Shown here: positions 21,779 through 33,976 of the stretch, piece after piece | How positions within the stretch are numbered: the first letter of the stretch is position 1 | Layout of the letters: every line of letters starts with the position of its first letter | NCBI GenBank assembly: GCA_963733195.1 | Contig: CAVTCR010000052.1 | Coordinates: 1-64,000, forward strand | From: an uncultured delta proteobacterium | GTDB taxonomy: Bacteria > Desulfobacterota > Binatia > Bin18 | DNA: 64,000 nucleotides | Reading direction: 5' to 3' | Notes under the pieces: model-generated | What the model saw: only the letters and a program-made list of their open reading frames with translations | Told to the model about the DNA's origin: nothing | The model's database searches: none | Translations under genes and position numbers: made by a program

Positions 21779-22203
21779 CGGAGCGTGGGCGAGCGGTGAT
21801 AATGGGATCGTGCGCCCTGTCATCCAAGGGGAAGTTTTAGCCAGTAGTGGCCTATGGATATCGGCTCCCTTCCTGGTAGATACCTGGTGCTGATCAAACC
21901 GTGTTCAGTGCTTCGATTTTGGAGGATTTATCTCTTCAATCACGTACTGTCCCAGATCAGATCGGCGGAGTAGGTGGAATAGTCAAGTCTGTTCTGGTTG
22001 AGACCCAGATTCAGTTTTACCGCGAGACAGGCAATACGGTCGTCTTCCGTAGTCAGTATCGGGCGGTTACTGAAGTCGAGGCGCTCGATATCAGTGTGCT
22101 GGGGCGGGATATCATGGGCTTGTTCTCGGTAATAGTTGATCAGCCTGGGAATGTTGTCTGCTTGCTCGGGCAACGGCATCGATACACAATCGAACAGAGC
22201 TAA
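21768..22203 (+). CDS. Retropepsin-like (clan AA) aspartic protease, frameshifted at the DTG site
   Basis: RPVI, FLVDT(G)ADQT split by one base, SVLGRD. Confidence 0.7.
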
Positions 22204-22225
22204 TGGTTCTGAAGAGCACTGCACA

Positions 22226-24577
22226 ATGGCTGAAGGTCCTGCAGACGGAAACTCGCAAGCTGGCGGCGATCATGTTCACCGACATCGTCGGCTTTAGTCG
22301 TCAGATGGGCAGCGGATGAAGCCCGCATGTTGCGGCTGCTCGAAGTCCATAATCAGCTCATCCAACAAGCGGTGACTGTCCATCACGGCCATGTCATCAA
22401 AACTATCGGTGATGCCTTTTTAGTGGATTTTCCCTCGGTCGTCCATGCTGTGCAATGTGCGCAGGCGATTCACGCACAGTTGCGGACGCACAACGCCGAG
22501 AAAGAGAAGGCCGAGCAGATTCATGTGCGCATTGGCATTCACTCGGGGGATATCGTCCAGAGAGATGGTGATGTGTTTGGCGATGGCGTGAACATCGCGT
22601 CCCGGCTGCAAAGTCTCGCCGAGCCAGACACGATCTGCATCTCGGACATGGTCTATCGTGATGTGGCCAAGAAGGTGGACTTGGGCACGGTAGTGCCACT
22701 CGGCAAACCCAAGCTCAAGAACATCGCCGAACGGTTTCCGGTCTATGCTTTGTTGCCTGAAGCGCCGAAAGGCGTGCGGCAAAAACTGCAAGTCCAACGC
22801 TTGAAAGTTTTCCCGTAGGGTGGGCACTGCCCACCGAGCAGTAGCGGTGGGACTGCTGCTCGTAGCAGGGACCGCTCGTGAGTGTTCGCTATCTTCCCGT
22901 TCTTCTCCCTAACACCCAGCCCCTAGCCCCTAGCACCCAGTCCCTTCCTCTGCCCGATAAGCCCTCCATCGTCGTCCTGCCGTTCGACAACATGAGCAAC
23001 GATCCCGAGCAGGACTATTTCAGCAACGGCATCACCGAAGTCCTCACCACTGATCTCTCCCGCATTGCCAGTCTCTTCGTTATCGCCCGCAACACGGCGT
23101 TCACCTACAAGGGCAAGGCAGTGAACGTACAAGAGGTCGGGAAAGAACTGGGCGTGCGCTACGTGTTGGAAGGCAGTGTACAGAAAGCGAGCGATCAGGT
23201 GCGGATTGTGGCGCAGTTGATTGACACCACCACCGGAGGACATCTGTGGTCCCAGCGCTACGACCGTCCCCTCAAAGACATCTTTGCCCTGCAAGATGAG
23301 ATCGTGCAGAAGATCGTGACGACGTTGAATCTGCAGCTCACCTTGCAAGAGCAAGGGTACCTCGTGCGCAAACGCACGGACAACCTGGAGGCGTATGATA
23401 CCTTCCTGCGCGGGGCGGACTACTTTTACGCGTTCCACCAAAGAGGGCAATGCCCAGGCGCGGCAGATGTTTGAGAAAACCATCGAACTGGACCCGCAGT
23501 ATGCCGAGGCGTACGCGTGGCTGGGGTGGACCTACTTCATGTGCCTGGATCCAGCAATGGAGTCCAGACCCGCAGAATCTGCAGCGAGCCTTTGACATTG
23601 GAGCAAAAAGCGCTCGCCCTGGATGACACCTTACCGGAGCGCACATTCCTCTTAAGCTGGGTCTATACGTATCAAAGCCAAGTATGAGCCTGCCGTGGCC
23701 GCGGCCGAGCGGGCCATCGCCCTCGACCCCAATAATGCGGATGGTTAGCACGGCTGGCGAAGTCTTCAACCTCTTTGGGGAGAGGACGGCGGAAGCCATC
23801 GAGTTGATAGAGAAAGCGATACGGCTCAATCCTCGCTATCCGTCTTGGTTCGCATTCGACTCTCGGCTGGGCCTACAGCTTGGTGGGGCGCTATGAGGAG
23901 GCGATCGCTCGCCCAGAAACAAGCCCTGCTGCGCAACCCCAATTGGCTGTTTTCTCACATTGAGCTGTTTCTCAACTACCGGCTGCAGTGGTCCTCGCAA
24001 CTGAGTCAGGATCCCCAGACCCTGGACCGGGCGTTTGAGGCGGCGCAACGGATGGTCGCTCTGGATGCCGCCTCACCCTGGGGTCATCGTGGTATTGAGC
24101 GAGGCCTATCTGTGGAAAAAGCAGTACGAGCAGGCGAGCGCAGAGGCCGAGCGGACCCTCGCCCTCAATCCGAGCGATGGGCGGAATCTATGCAGAGTTG
24201 GCCGATATCCTGAGTTTTCTGGGGCGGTCAGAGGAAGCTCTCGGATTGGTCGAGAAGGCGCTGCGCCTCAATCCTCTGCTGCCGCCCAGGAATCTCCTCT
24301 ATTAGGTCATACGTATTACTGGCTGGGCGGACTGAGGAGGCCATTGCCGCGCTGAAGAAATCGCTCAATGGCAGCCCGGCTGATCTGGATGCTCACCTGC
24401 TCCTGGCTGCGGTCTACAGTGAACTCGGTCGAGACGCGGAAGCCCGAGCTGAAGCGGCAGAAGTGCTACGGATCAATCCCAGGTGGTCTCTAGAAGTGTG
24501 GGAAGAGAGTAGCGCCTAACAAAGATCCAGCGATGTTAGAGCGGTATTTGCTGCTCTGCGCAAGGCAGGGCTCATGA
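22226..24577 (+). CDS. Class III adenylate/guanylate cyclase - TolB-like - TPR protein (multiple frameshifts)
   Basis: RKLAAIMFTDIVG, RIGIHSGD, GDGVNIASRL, PDKPSIVVLPF, TPR fragments, ends LRKAGL. Confidence 0.85.
22814..22835. repeat. GTAG-type REP inside the cyclase gene
   Basis: cGTAG-ggtgggca-c-tgcccacc perfect 8-bp stem. Confidence 0.7.
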
Positions 24578-24652
24578 TGGAGAAATGAAAAATGGAGAAT
24601 GAGAATGCTGGAAGGCTGAAGCTATCAGGCTGAAGAGCTTAGGGAGAAGGCG

Positions 24653-24881
24653 GAAGAAGCCGAAGCATGGCTCTTCTCAAGGCGATCGAAATTGCTCGAC
24701 ATCAACAAGCAAAGTCCCTGGAACTGTGAGCAGTGCTGAGTTTGGCGCGTCTGTGGCAACAACAAGGCTAAGCACCATGCCGCACGCGAACATGTTGCCC
24801 ACTATCTATAACTGGTTCACCGAAGGGTTTGATACGAAGGATTTGCAAGAGGCGAAGGCATTGTTGGAAGCGTTAACCTAA
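24653..24881 (+). pseudogene. Orphan C-terminal fragment of cyclase-AAA-TPR family
   Basis: homologous to 49558-49768 ([19 protein letters not shown]); CGA>TGA at 24727. Confidence 0.85.
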
Positions 24882-25199
24882 AGCAGACCAACCTCATCCA
24901 AGAGCAAACTGCTGCCGAACTCTTTTTACACCCCATTTGACACTATCTCTCTGCATTTTGCATTCTTCTTAGGTTTGTAGTGCTGCTTGAGTTGATGGGT
25001 CGCTTTATATGGTGTTTGGTTGACTAACGCTTGTTTCTCTACGAGCACGTAACTTTGCTGTAACTTGAAGTTACAACTCTGCGTTACTAGCATTAGCGCT
25101 TGTAGCGCTTTATGATACAAAAGTGCATAGGTAGGAAACGAGATCGCTTTATCTTGACAAAGTAGTGTCTAAATTGATCGCCTCAAGCTTTCCCGTAGG

Positions 25200-25562
25200 A
25201 TGGGCACCGCCCGGACGGTGGTCGTGTGGCACTTGCAGCATGCCAGTATGGAGAACGCCATTAAGGAACATAAGAGTGGCTTTGGGTTGGAGAAGCTCCC
25301 GACGCAGAAGTTCCACGCCAACTGGGCCTACCTCCTCATCGGCCAACTGGCCTTTAATCTGGTGGCGTGGTTCAAGCGCTTAGTGTTGCCCTCTTCCTAT
25401 CAGCGGGTGACCATTCGGACGATTCGTTACCACCTATGCAATCTCGCAGGCAAGCTCATCCATACTGCCCGCCGCGTTTTCCTGGTGATCTCTGACCATT
25501 ATCGCTACCAAGGGGTGTGGCGCTTCGCGATTGACCGCCTGGCTCACTTGCAGTTTGGCTAA
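25200..25562 (+). mobile_element. IS1380-family transposase C-terminal remnant
   Basis: MENAIKEHKSGFGL..F.ANWAYL..LAFNL..WFKRL..TIRY. Confidence 0.8.
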
Positions 25563-25905
25563 TGCTTATCCGTGGATTCAGGTTTCTGTACTTTTTCATA
25601 GTGTCTGTGTAACTTCTGGCGGGCATCAGGCTGTGCGAACTTCCACTCGACGGTCGTCTTTGCCTGATTCCTTCGCTTCGCCCACGCGAGCACTTCACCG
25701 CGTAACGTCTCAAGATCAGGAATCCGGCGATCCAAACATTGCTTCGAGAGCGCAGCAAATTCAATCTCCGCCATGTTGAGCTACGAGCCGTTCTTGGGGG
25801 TATAGTGCAGCGTAAACTGCTGCGCCAAGGCGAAGGCCTAAGCAGGCGGCAGGACCTCATAGAACGAGCCGGGGGTGTGCGTATTGAGATTATCCTGCAC
25901 GAGCG
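25559..25905 (-). mobile_element. IS630-family transposase C-terminal remnant with internal stop
   Basis: LVQDNLNTH, HYTPK, LNMAEIE, QCLDRRIP. Confidence 0.85.
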
Positions 25906-26091
25906 GATGGACTGCGCTTAATGCTTTTCGTCCTCCTTTGGTTAATATGACGGCTCGCTGTTTCGTCGGCATCCTTCCCTCTGATTTTTGACTTGCTTGG
26001 ACTCTGGACTTTGGACTATTCTTCTCTTGGATGCCGGGTGCACGAGCCGAGGTGGCTGACATAAAAAGCCGTGTTTACGGGAGGAATATGC

Positions 26092-27018
26092 TTATTCAGG
26101 AAACACGACTTTACCAGCCTCACGAACATTATACCCTCCCAGCGTCGCGGCTTTCTGCGCCAGTTCTTTCGATATCAACACTTGCAACAACGCCTGTACC
26201 GGTTTGGTGAAGTAATGGTCTTTGCGCACCACCAAATCAAACCGCTCTTCTACTAACGGGGAGAACGATAATCCCAACAACCGAGCTACTGCCTCGGCAG
26301 CGACTCCTACATCAGCCTGTCGTCGAAGGATCTGCAAGCCAACCTCCCAGTGCGTCCACACCTCGGTGTCGTATCCTTTGATCTGCTTCGCCTGTACTCT
26401 GGCAGTTTGCAGTTGCTGATCAATGAGCCATCGCACCCCAGATCCACGCTGACGATTGACGAAGCGCACTTTACGCCGTCGAAAGTCGGCGAATGAGGTA
26501 AAAGCTAACGCATCTGCACGCGATAAGAATCCCACACGACGATGCCACAACGTCACAGCGACAATAGTACCTTCCGCGAACTCTTGCGTAAGGAAAGGAG
26601 TATTGTACTTGCCAGTTTCAGAATCTCGGAGGTGGGTGAGCGCAATATGTGCTTTTCCCTGTTTCAAGGCTTCCAAGCCACCAAAGCTGCCCAGGTTGGT
26701 CGTGTACACGAGATACTCTGGAAAGTGAAAGCGCGCGAGTTCAAACAAAGCCGCAAGCAGGAGGTCATCACTCCCCGCAATCAACAATCCGCGGTCGAGG
26801 CCAAATCGCTCCGCCACAGCCACGGGTCGAGTAGCGGCTGACGTCTTTGCTCGAGCGCTACGGTGTACCCACTCTTCCACCAAGCTCTGCGGAAACACCC
26901 ATTTCCCGGTTACGCGGGTACAAGGAATGCTGCCATTGCGAATCAAGCGATAGACCTGTTTTTCGTTGATTTGTAAGTACGCAGCTACTTCACGAGTGTT
27001 GAGTAGTGTCTCTGGCAT
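26092..27018 (-). CDS. Excisionase-type HTH + PBP-domain regulator (TaoR-like, tungstate/molybdate responsive)
   Basis: HTH_17 N-terminus; AGSDD, GSFGGL, FVNRQRGSGVR, EERFDL; divergent from tupA. Confidence 0.88.
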   Translation of the reverse strand: MPETLLNTREVAAYLQINEKQVYRLIRNGSIPCTRVTGKWVFPQSLVEEWVHRSARAKTSAATRPVAVAERFGLDRGLLIAGSDDLLLAALFELARFHFPEYLVYTTNLGSFGGLEALKQGKAHIALTHLRDSETGKYNTPFLTQEFAEGTIVAVTLWHRRVGFLSRADALAFTSFADFRRRKVRFVNRQRGSGVRWLIDQQLQTARVQAKQIKGYDTEVWTHWEVGLQILRRQADVGVAAEAVARLLGLSFSPLVEERFDLVVRKDHYFTKPVQALLQVLISKELAQKAATLGGYNVREAGKVVFPE

Positions 27019-27038
27019 ATTCCTCCATTCAAGAAAAT

Positions 27039-27068
27039 AATAACAAAAAATAACATAAAACACCTTAA
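27039..27068. promoter_or_regulatory. 10-bp-phased direct repeats in the taoR-like/tupA intergenic region
   Basis: AATAACAAAA AATAACATAA AACACCTTAA upstream of TTGACA at 27093. Confidence 0.45.
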
Positions 27069-27151
27069 AAAAGGAAAATTATCCATATTTCGTTGACAAT
27101 ACTAGACTACACGTGGTAGCGACACTCCGCCTGCTCAAGAGTGGAGGTGAT

Positions 27152-28012
27152 ATGAAGCGATTGGTTGCTGCCAGTCTTTTTCTATGGATGGTGCTCTGGG
27201 CAACTGGGGTTTGTAGCCAGCCGGCTGCCTCACCTCAACAGGAAGTGATTTTTGCTACGACGACCAGTGTGCAGGATAGCGGCTTGCTGGATGTCATTGT
27301 TCCGATGTTCGAGAAAGACACTGGCTATCATGTCAAAGCCGTGGCTGTGGGAACTGGTCAGGCCTTGGCGATGGCTGGAAGAGGCGAGGCTGACGTCGCT
27401 TTGGCCCACGCGCCGGACACAGAAAAGAAGTATGTGACTGAAGGTTCATTGGTGAACCGCCGACTGATGATGCACAATACGTTTCTGCTGGCTGGTCCGT
27501 CTGCTGATCCTGCCAAGGTAAAAGGAACAAAGAAAGCAATCGCTGCACTCAGGAAAATCGCAGACACCAAGAGTACCTTCGTTTCCCGTGGTGATGACTC
27601 GGGAACGCACAAGTTGGAAATGAAACTGTGGGGAGAGACAGGCGTCAAGCCTGCGGGCGAATGGTACCTCGAAGCAGGGCAGGGCATGGGCAAGACGCTC
27701 GGCATCGCCGGAGAAAAGCAAGCGTATGTGATTTCCGACCGCGCGACCTACCTCGCATTTCAGAAAACTACGGGGCTGAACATTCTCCTCGAAGGCGATC
27801 CGGCTTTTCTCAACATCTACCATGTAATGGAAGTCAACTCGACGAAATTTCCCAAAGTGAATGCTGCCGGAGGAAAAGCTTTTGCTGACTTTCTCCTCTC
27901 AGCGAAAGTCCAGGAGGTGCTCAAGACCTTTGGGAAAGAGAAGTTCGGTGAGCCGCTCTTTTATCCGGATGCAGGGCGGACAGAAGAAGCGCTTCAAACA
28001 ATGAAGAATTAA
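27152..28012 (+). CDS. tupA: Tungstate ABC transporter substrate-binding protein
   Basis: signal peptide, ATTTSVQDSGLL, VGTGQAL, SRGDDSGTH, SDRATY. Confidence 0.93.
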   Translation: MKRLVAASLFLWMVLWATGVCSQPAASPQQEVIFATTTSVQDSGLLDVIVPMFEKDTGYHVKAVAVGTGQALAMAGRGEADVALAHAPDTEKKYVTEGSLVNRRLMMHNTFLLAGPSADPAKVKGTKKAIAALRKIADTKSTFVSRGDDSGTHKLEMKLWGETGVKPAGEWYLEAGQGMGKTLGIAGEKQAYVISDRATYLAFQKTTGLNILLEGDPAFLNIYHVMEVNSTKFPKVNAAGGKAFADFLLSAKVQEVLKTFGKEKFGEPLFYPDAGRTEEALQTMKN

Positions 28013-28188
28013 GAATGAAGAGTGAGACGTGAAGTGTGATGCATGGTGCGTGAAGAAAGGAATGAAATCATCGCCAGCAATCAAACGCTGATGACGGAGT
28101 CAAAGATTCCACCGTCAACCGCGTGCAGTTCGATCCCCTGTTCGCGTTCTAGAAGTGTTCGGCACTCGTGATGTAATGCGCCAATGGG

Positions 28189-28308
28189 TTCCTTCTCCCT
28201 GAGGGAGAAGGCCAGGATGAGGGGAACAAGTAGGAGATTTTTCCTGGGTTCCCTCACCCTAGCCTCCTCCGACTACGCGAAGGACAAGCTCTCCCGGAGG
28301 GAGAGGGA
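28189..28308. repeat. Inverted pair of CCCTCACCC..CTCTCCC/GGGAGAGGG REP-like palindromes
   Basis: ccttctccc-tga-gggagaagg...gagggga and ccctcacccta...ctctccc-gga-gggagaggga between convergent genes. Confidence 0.75.
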
Positions 28309-28323
28309 ATTACGAAAGACACT

Positions 28324-31175
28324 TTACGCAATCTGCGATTCCATACTCGCAGACTGGACCTGTTCGACTTTCACTGCACAAAACTTGAACTCGGGGATTT
28401 TGCCATACGGATCGAGCGCGTCATTGGTCAGTAAGTTTGCTGCCGCCTCGCGGAAATGGAAGGGAATGAAGACGCTGCCTTTCTGCGTACGTACCCCGAC
28501 ACGCGCTTTCAATACAATCGTCCCACGGCGAGAGCTGACGCGCACCATGTCACCGTCTTGAATGCCGAGCCTGTACAAGTCTTCTGGGTGGATTTCGACG
28601 AACGCTTCGGGTGCGATCGCATCAAGCGCTTTGGAGCGGCGTGTCATAGTGCCAGTATGCCAATGCTCTAGCACTCGACCAGTATTGAGCACTAACGGAT
28701 ATTCGTTGTCCGGCAGTTCATCCGCCGGAGCAAACTCGGCGGGAACAAACTTGCCTCTGCCGCTCGGGAAGTCGTCAGTAAAGATCACTGATTGTCCAGG
28801 TTTACCTGGGTCCGGGCACGGCCAGAGTTCTCCGATTGTCCCCATCTTGCCGTAGCTCAAGCCCGCCAGGTTTGGTGACAGCGCTGCTAGCTCAGTGAAG
28901 ACTTCTTCCGGCGAGTTGTAGCGCATAGGATAACCCATACGCGTAGAGATATCACAAATAATTTGCCAATCCGGACGAGCTTGTCCTGGTGAATCGATCG
29001 CTTTGCGGCCACGCTGCACCCGTCGATCAGTATTGGTGTAGGTACCGTCTTTTTCCGGGAAGCTCGACGCTGGGAGAATGACATCAGCAAATTCTGCCGT
29101 TTCGGTAAGGAAGATGTCTTGCACGACGAGAAACTCCAGGTTCGCAAGCGCCTTGCGCACTTTATTGATGTTGGGGTCACTGAGGAAGGGATTTTCTCCC
29201 ATCATGTACATGCCTTTGATAGTTCCATGCAAAGCACCGTGGGCAATCTCGACGACCGTGAGCCCTGGCTTTGGATCAAGCGTGACTCCCCAGGCCTTCT
29301 CAAATTTCTCGCGAATCTGTGGGTTATCCACTCGTTGGTAATCGGTATAGACCATCGGGATCAAGCCGGAATCTGATGCACCTTGGACATTATTCTGCCC
29401 TCGTAATGGATGCAGACCAGTACCAGGACGACCGATATTGCCGGTCATGAGGCAGAGAGAAATCAGACACCGTGCATTGTCCGTACCTGTCGTATGTTGG
29501 GAAATCCCCATGCCCCAAAAGATCATGGCGTTCTGCGCTTTCCCATAGACGCGCGCAATGGTGCGAATCTCTTCCGCGGGAACACCAGTGAGCTTTTCTA
29601 CGACCTCCGGGGTATACTGCTTGACCGTCTCCGCCAGCGCGGCGAAATTCTCCGTCCGCCGTTCAATAAATGTGGGATCGGTCATGCCTTCGTCGATGAT
29701 GACGTGCATGAGGCCATTGAGAAATGCAACGTCGGTTCCTGGTTTATATCTAACGTAGTATTGTGCATGATCGGCAAGGGTCGGGCGACGGGGATCAATC
29801 ACAATCAGTGTCGTTCCGCGCTCAGCAGCTTGTTTGAAGAATGTCGCTGCGACGGGATGATTCTCCGTGGTATTTGAGCCGATCACGAGTGCAACATCCG
29901 CATATTGAATATCGGCAAAGACATTTGAGACTGCCCCCGAACCGATGGTCTCTTGCAGCGCGGCAACCGAGGAGGCATGACACAGGCGTGTGCAATGGTC
30001 GACATTGTTGGTCCCGAATGCGGCGCGAATCAGCTTCTGGAACAGGTAAGCTTCTTCGTTCGAGCACTTGGCTGAGCCAAAGCCAGCGAGTGCTCCGGGA
30101 CCGTGTTGGTAGCGAATCCTCTTCAGCTTGCTGGCCACCAAGTGAAGCGCTTCTTCCCACGTGGCTTCACGGAAGGCGGGGAGGACTTCAGTATAATCCA
30201 CAATTCCACCGGGCTTCCGTTTCCATTGCCCATCTTCTCCTCGTACATCCTCGGACAACGGCCCTTTGGGATAGGATTCTGGCCGGCGAATCAACGGCAC
30301 CGTCAGGCGTTGCGGATGGAGGGCATAGTCAAAACCGTAACGGCCTTTCACGCACAGGCGTCCGTGGTTGACGGGACTTTCACGTCCACTGACTTGGACG
30401 ATCTTATTATCTTTGACATGATAGGTGATCGCGCAGCCGACACCGCAGTACGGACAGACTGAATCCACCGCTTTTGTCTCAGGCAGTGAGACGTTGATCG
30501 TTAATGGCTTGTTGAACAACGCACCCGTTGGACACACCGAAGCGCATTCGCCACACGAGACACAAGTGGATTTTCCCATCGGCAGGTTCAAATCGAAGCC
30601 AATATGGGCGTGCGCGCCTTTGCCGGTGCGACCAATCACGTCGTTGTTCTGGATCTCATCACAGCCACGGATACAACGGTCGCACAGGATGCACGCGTTG
30701 TGATCGACGGCAATGACTGGAGAGGAGGGATCGTGTCCATCTTCTGTGATCCGCGGTCGGAAACGAACTGAGACTTCTGTCCTTCCTCCTCAAGAAGGCC
30801 ATACCTTTCACCAAGCAACTCGAGTTCACAGTTGCCGTCCTTCTTATGTTTCACACAGGGAGTCGGGTGGTCTGCCAGCAGCAGTTCTGTGAGCATCTTG
30901 CGCGAGCGTTCGATTTTTTCGCTGTGCGTTTGGACTTCCATGCCAGCTTCAACCTGACGAATACAAGCGGCTTGCGCGACCCGTGCACCTTTGACATCGA
31001 CCGCGCACACTCGACAAACAGCAACAGGGTCAAGCCGCGGGTCATGACAAAGAACAGGGATTTCGATGCCTAGTCGTTGTGCTGCGTCCCAAATTGTCGT
31101 TCCGGCAGGAACACTCACTGTCTGGCCGTTGATTGTCAGAGTAATTAGTGTCTGTGTTGCGAGGAAAGTCGCCAT
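28324..31175 (-). CDS. fdhA: NAD-linked formate dehydrogenase alpha subunit, Cys type (frameshift near 30720)
   Basis: N-terminal 2Fe-2S, 2x4Fe-4S, CPYCGVGC, DHCTRLCHASS, LRGQNNVQG, PEFK. Confidence 0.93.
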
Positions 31176-31243
31176 AAGCAAGTCCTTTTCTTTCAATTAT
31201 CACGCAACTCGGATCACGTGGTACGTATTACGTGTTACGTGTC

Positions 31244-33045
31244 TCATAGTTGAGTGCTTTCTGTTTTTCCCGTGGAATGTAGTCCGTGTTCATCCCATCC
31301 TCGGGTTTTATAATACCCATCTATCATGACACGCAACTCAGTTTTCGTCAGCTCAATCCCTTGTCCTACTCCTGTTGGTAGAGGTGTCGCCGAGCAGTCG
31401 GGTCGGGAGCCAGTCATCTTGCGGCTGCCATCCCTGGCGGAGATTGAAGAGTTTCTTTGAGAATATTAACCCGTTCTCCGACCTGTTGGAGGTCCGATGC
31501 GGAAAAAGGCCAGCCCGTCACTTTGCTAAGAATCTCCGCGCTTTCAACATAGAAATCGGTAAAGCATTTGCGCAGGAATTTACAAACGATGAGCGAGTCT
31601 AAGACGGCAGAGAAATCTTCGGATGCGGCAACGAGCTCGCCACGCCGAGGGTCGGCCTGGAAACGATCCACTTGGCCGGAAAAATCGGCTTCATAGGCGC
31701 CTGAGCGATTGTGGCAAGCTCCACGCAGGCTCACTGCGAGACCCAAGGCCATCGTTTTCAAACTGCGCGGCTCATATCCAGGAAGCTCCATCCCTTTCAC
31801 GTGCATGGCAAGTTGTTCTGCTTCTCCACCGATAATCGAGGCTGCAGCACGGGAGCCTTCGGCAAGTAACGCACCAAGACCGGCGCGCTGACCGATTGCC
31901 TCAATGACTGTGAGAAACGCCTCTGCACTGCCAAAGCGCAAGCCGAGCCGTTGGGCGTCAGGAAGCAAATTCTTCTCGGCGCATTCCATCGCCCAGGCAA
32001 TCGTTCCGCCGGTACTAATGGTATCAAGGCCATACTTGTCACAGAGCTGCGCCGCGCGGAGGACAATCTGTGGGTCTTCGATGCCACACAACGGGCCGAG
32101 AGCAAAGAGCGTTTCATATTCCAGCCGCTGCGCTTTGCCGTCTTGCGTATTAAAAAGACGTTCACAACGAATGGTACAGGCAGCACAGCCGTGAGGGCGA
32201 TTTCCCGTTTCCTCCAGCAATTGTTCACCACTGAGGTTCTCAGCGTGTTCAAAAGTAGATTGTTGAAAGTTGCGGGTTGGTAAGACACCGAGTCGATTAA
32301 AGACCGCGAGATTCGCCACTGTTCCAATCTCGCGATATTTTGCCGTTACCGAACTCAGACTTTTGGTGCGCAAGGTATCAGCGATGCTCGCGACACCTTC
32401 GGGATCGGCCACACGCACACGATAAGAGCCACGCAGTGCGACGGCCTTGAGATTCTTGGCGCCCATGACCGCACCGGCGCCGCCGCGACCGGCATGGCGT
32501 TTTTCATTGCTGATAGTGGCAAAACGAACGCGGCGTTCCCCTGCGAGACCGATCGCGGCAATGCGGACCTCTTATCTCGTAATTCTGCGCGGATAGCGGC
32601 TTCTGTTTCTTGAGCGCTTTTCCCACAGCAGGAGAGCTGCGTCATGAAACACGACCGTATTCTCGGTAATGGCAAGATAGACAGGTGAGCTTGCCTTTCC
32701 GGAAATCACGATAGCGTCAAGCCGACAGCGTTTTAGTTCGAGCGCGAAGAAACTCGACGATAAGGAATCAGCGATAATGCCGGTTAAAGGCGAAGTGGTG
32801 ACGACTGCGAACTTCGCGGTCGTGGTCAGACCGGTATCCACTAACGGCGCGCTGGTAAAGATCAACGGATTTTCTGGCGCAAACGGATCAACTGCTGGAG
32901 GCGTGTAATCATACAGCAGCTTTGTGCCGAGTCCGACGCCGCCAAGGTATGACTGGAGGATTGCCGGGTCGAGAGCAAGCCACTGTGACGCGTGTGTCGT
33001 CAGATCGATATGAAGCAGGCGACCGTGAAATCCATGCATACTCAC
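31244..33045 (-). CDS. aor: Aldehyde:ferredoxin oxidoreductase family (tungsten), copy 1, frameshifted
   Basis: YLGGVGLG, SPLTG, MGAKNLKA, CAACTIRC, EYET, DKYGLD, RGACH, YY..RGWD. Confidence 0.88.
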
Positions 33046-33943
33046 CCTCCGGCGTCGCTGGAGAGAATGAGCAGATTATCGCCAGAGTGCAACTCGGAGT
33101 GAAAGTCGTTCGACAAAAACTGAGTACCGTTAAGGTTACAAGCGAACCCAGCGGCAAGAGAGCGCCGGTCGGGGGCAATGACCGTGTTGATGAGAGCCGG
33201 GGCGATGTCGGCAAGCGCACTGAGAGCATCACGGGTCGTGGCTCCCGGGGCAAGCGTCAGGGGAATCCGCGTCGCTTTTGCTTTCAGCCGAGCAACTCCG
33301 AAGAGTTCGACGACACAAGAAACCTTGTGGGAACGCTGCTGCCACAGGGCTAAGGCTGCCTCATAGTCGGCTGGGCTGTTCATGTTGCGGAAGCTCAAAC
33401 CTTCGGGATCGAATCGGCGGATGTCTTCAGCCGGGACTTCGTACGTACGGACTTTCTTATACAAGAACACAGGACGAAGCTCGTCCGTTGGAGTTGGTCC
33501 TGCAACAAAGGGACAACACTGCGACGATAGACTGCCTGCAATGGTTGCAGTCGCTCTTCCCAGAAGGGAACAACCACATCGTAGTTCTCAATCAACGAAA
33601 GAAAATAGGCAACTAGCGAAAGGTTGAGAAACGGGGCGTCGCACGAAGTGACAAAGCAGAACTCATAGGAGGCCGCACGGAGACCGTAAAGAATACCGCC
33701 CACGGGTCCTTGATAGGCTACCTCGTCATGAACCACAGTGACCGGCAAAGCCGGCAGTTCTTGCTCAGGTGCAGCTACGACCACAATGTCAGGAAAATAT
33801 TCTCGCAGTGTACGAACACTGTGCACGATCAGAGGCTCTCCGCCGAAGGGCAGTAGCGCCTTCGGTTGGCCCATACGCGAACTTTTTCCTCCTGTGAGGA
33901 TAATGGCGGAAGCCGGAGATTGGGGGCTCATAGGAGAACTCAA
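33042..33943 (-). CDS. mobA: MobA (Moco guanylyltransferase) - MoaD/ThiS fusion (one frameshift near 33480)
   Basis: LTGGKSSRMG, GPVGG, SCDAP; NMNSPADY in the same ORF as a ubiquitin-like domain ending DAGG. Confidence 0.85.
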
Positions 33944-33976
33944 TAGAGAAAAATAAAATGACTGCAGAAACTTGAG

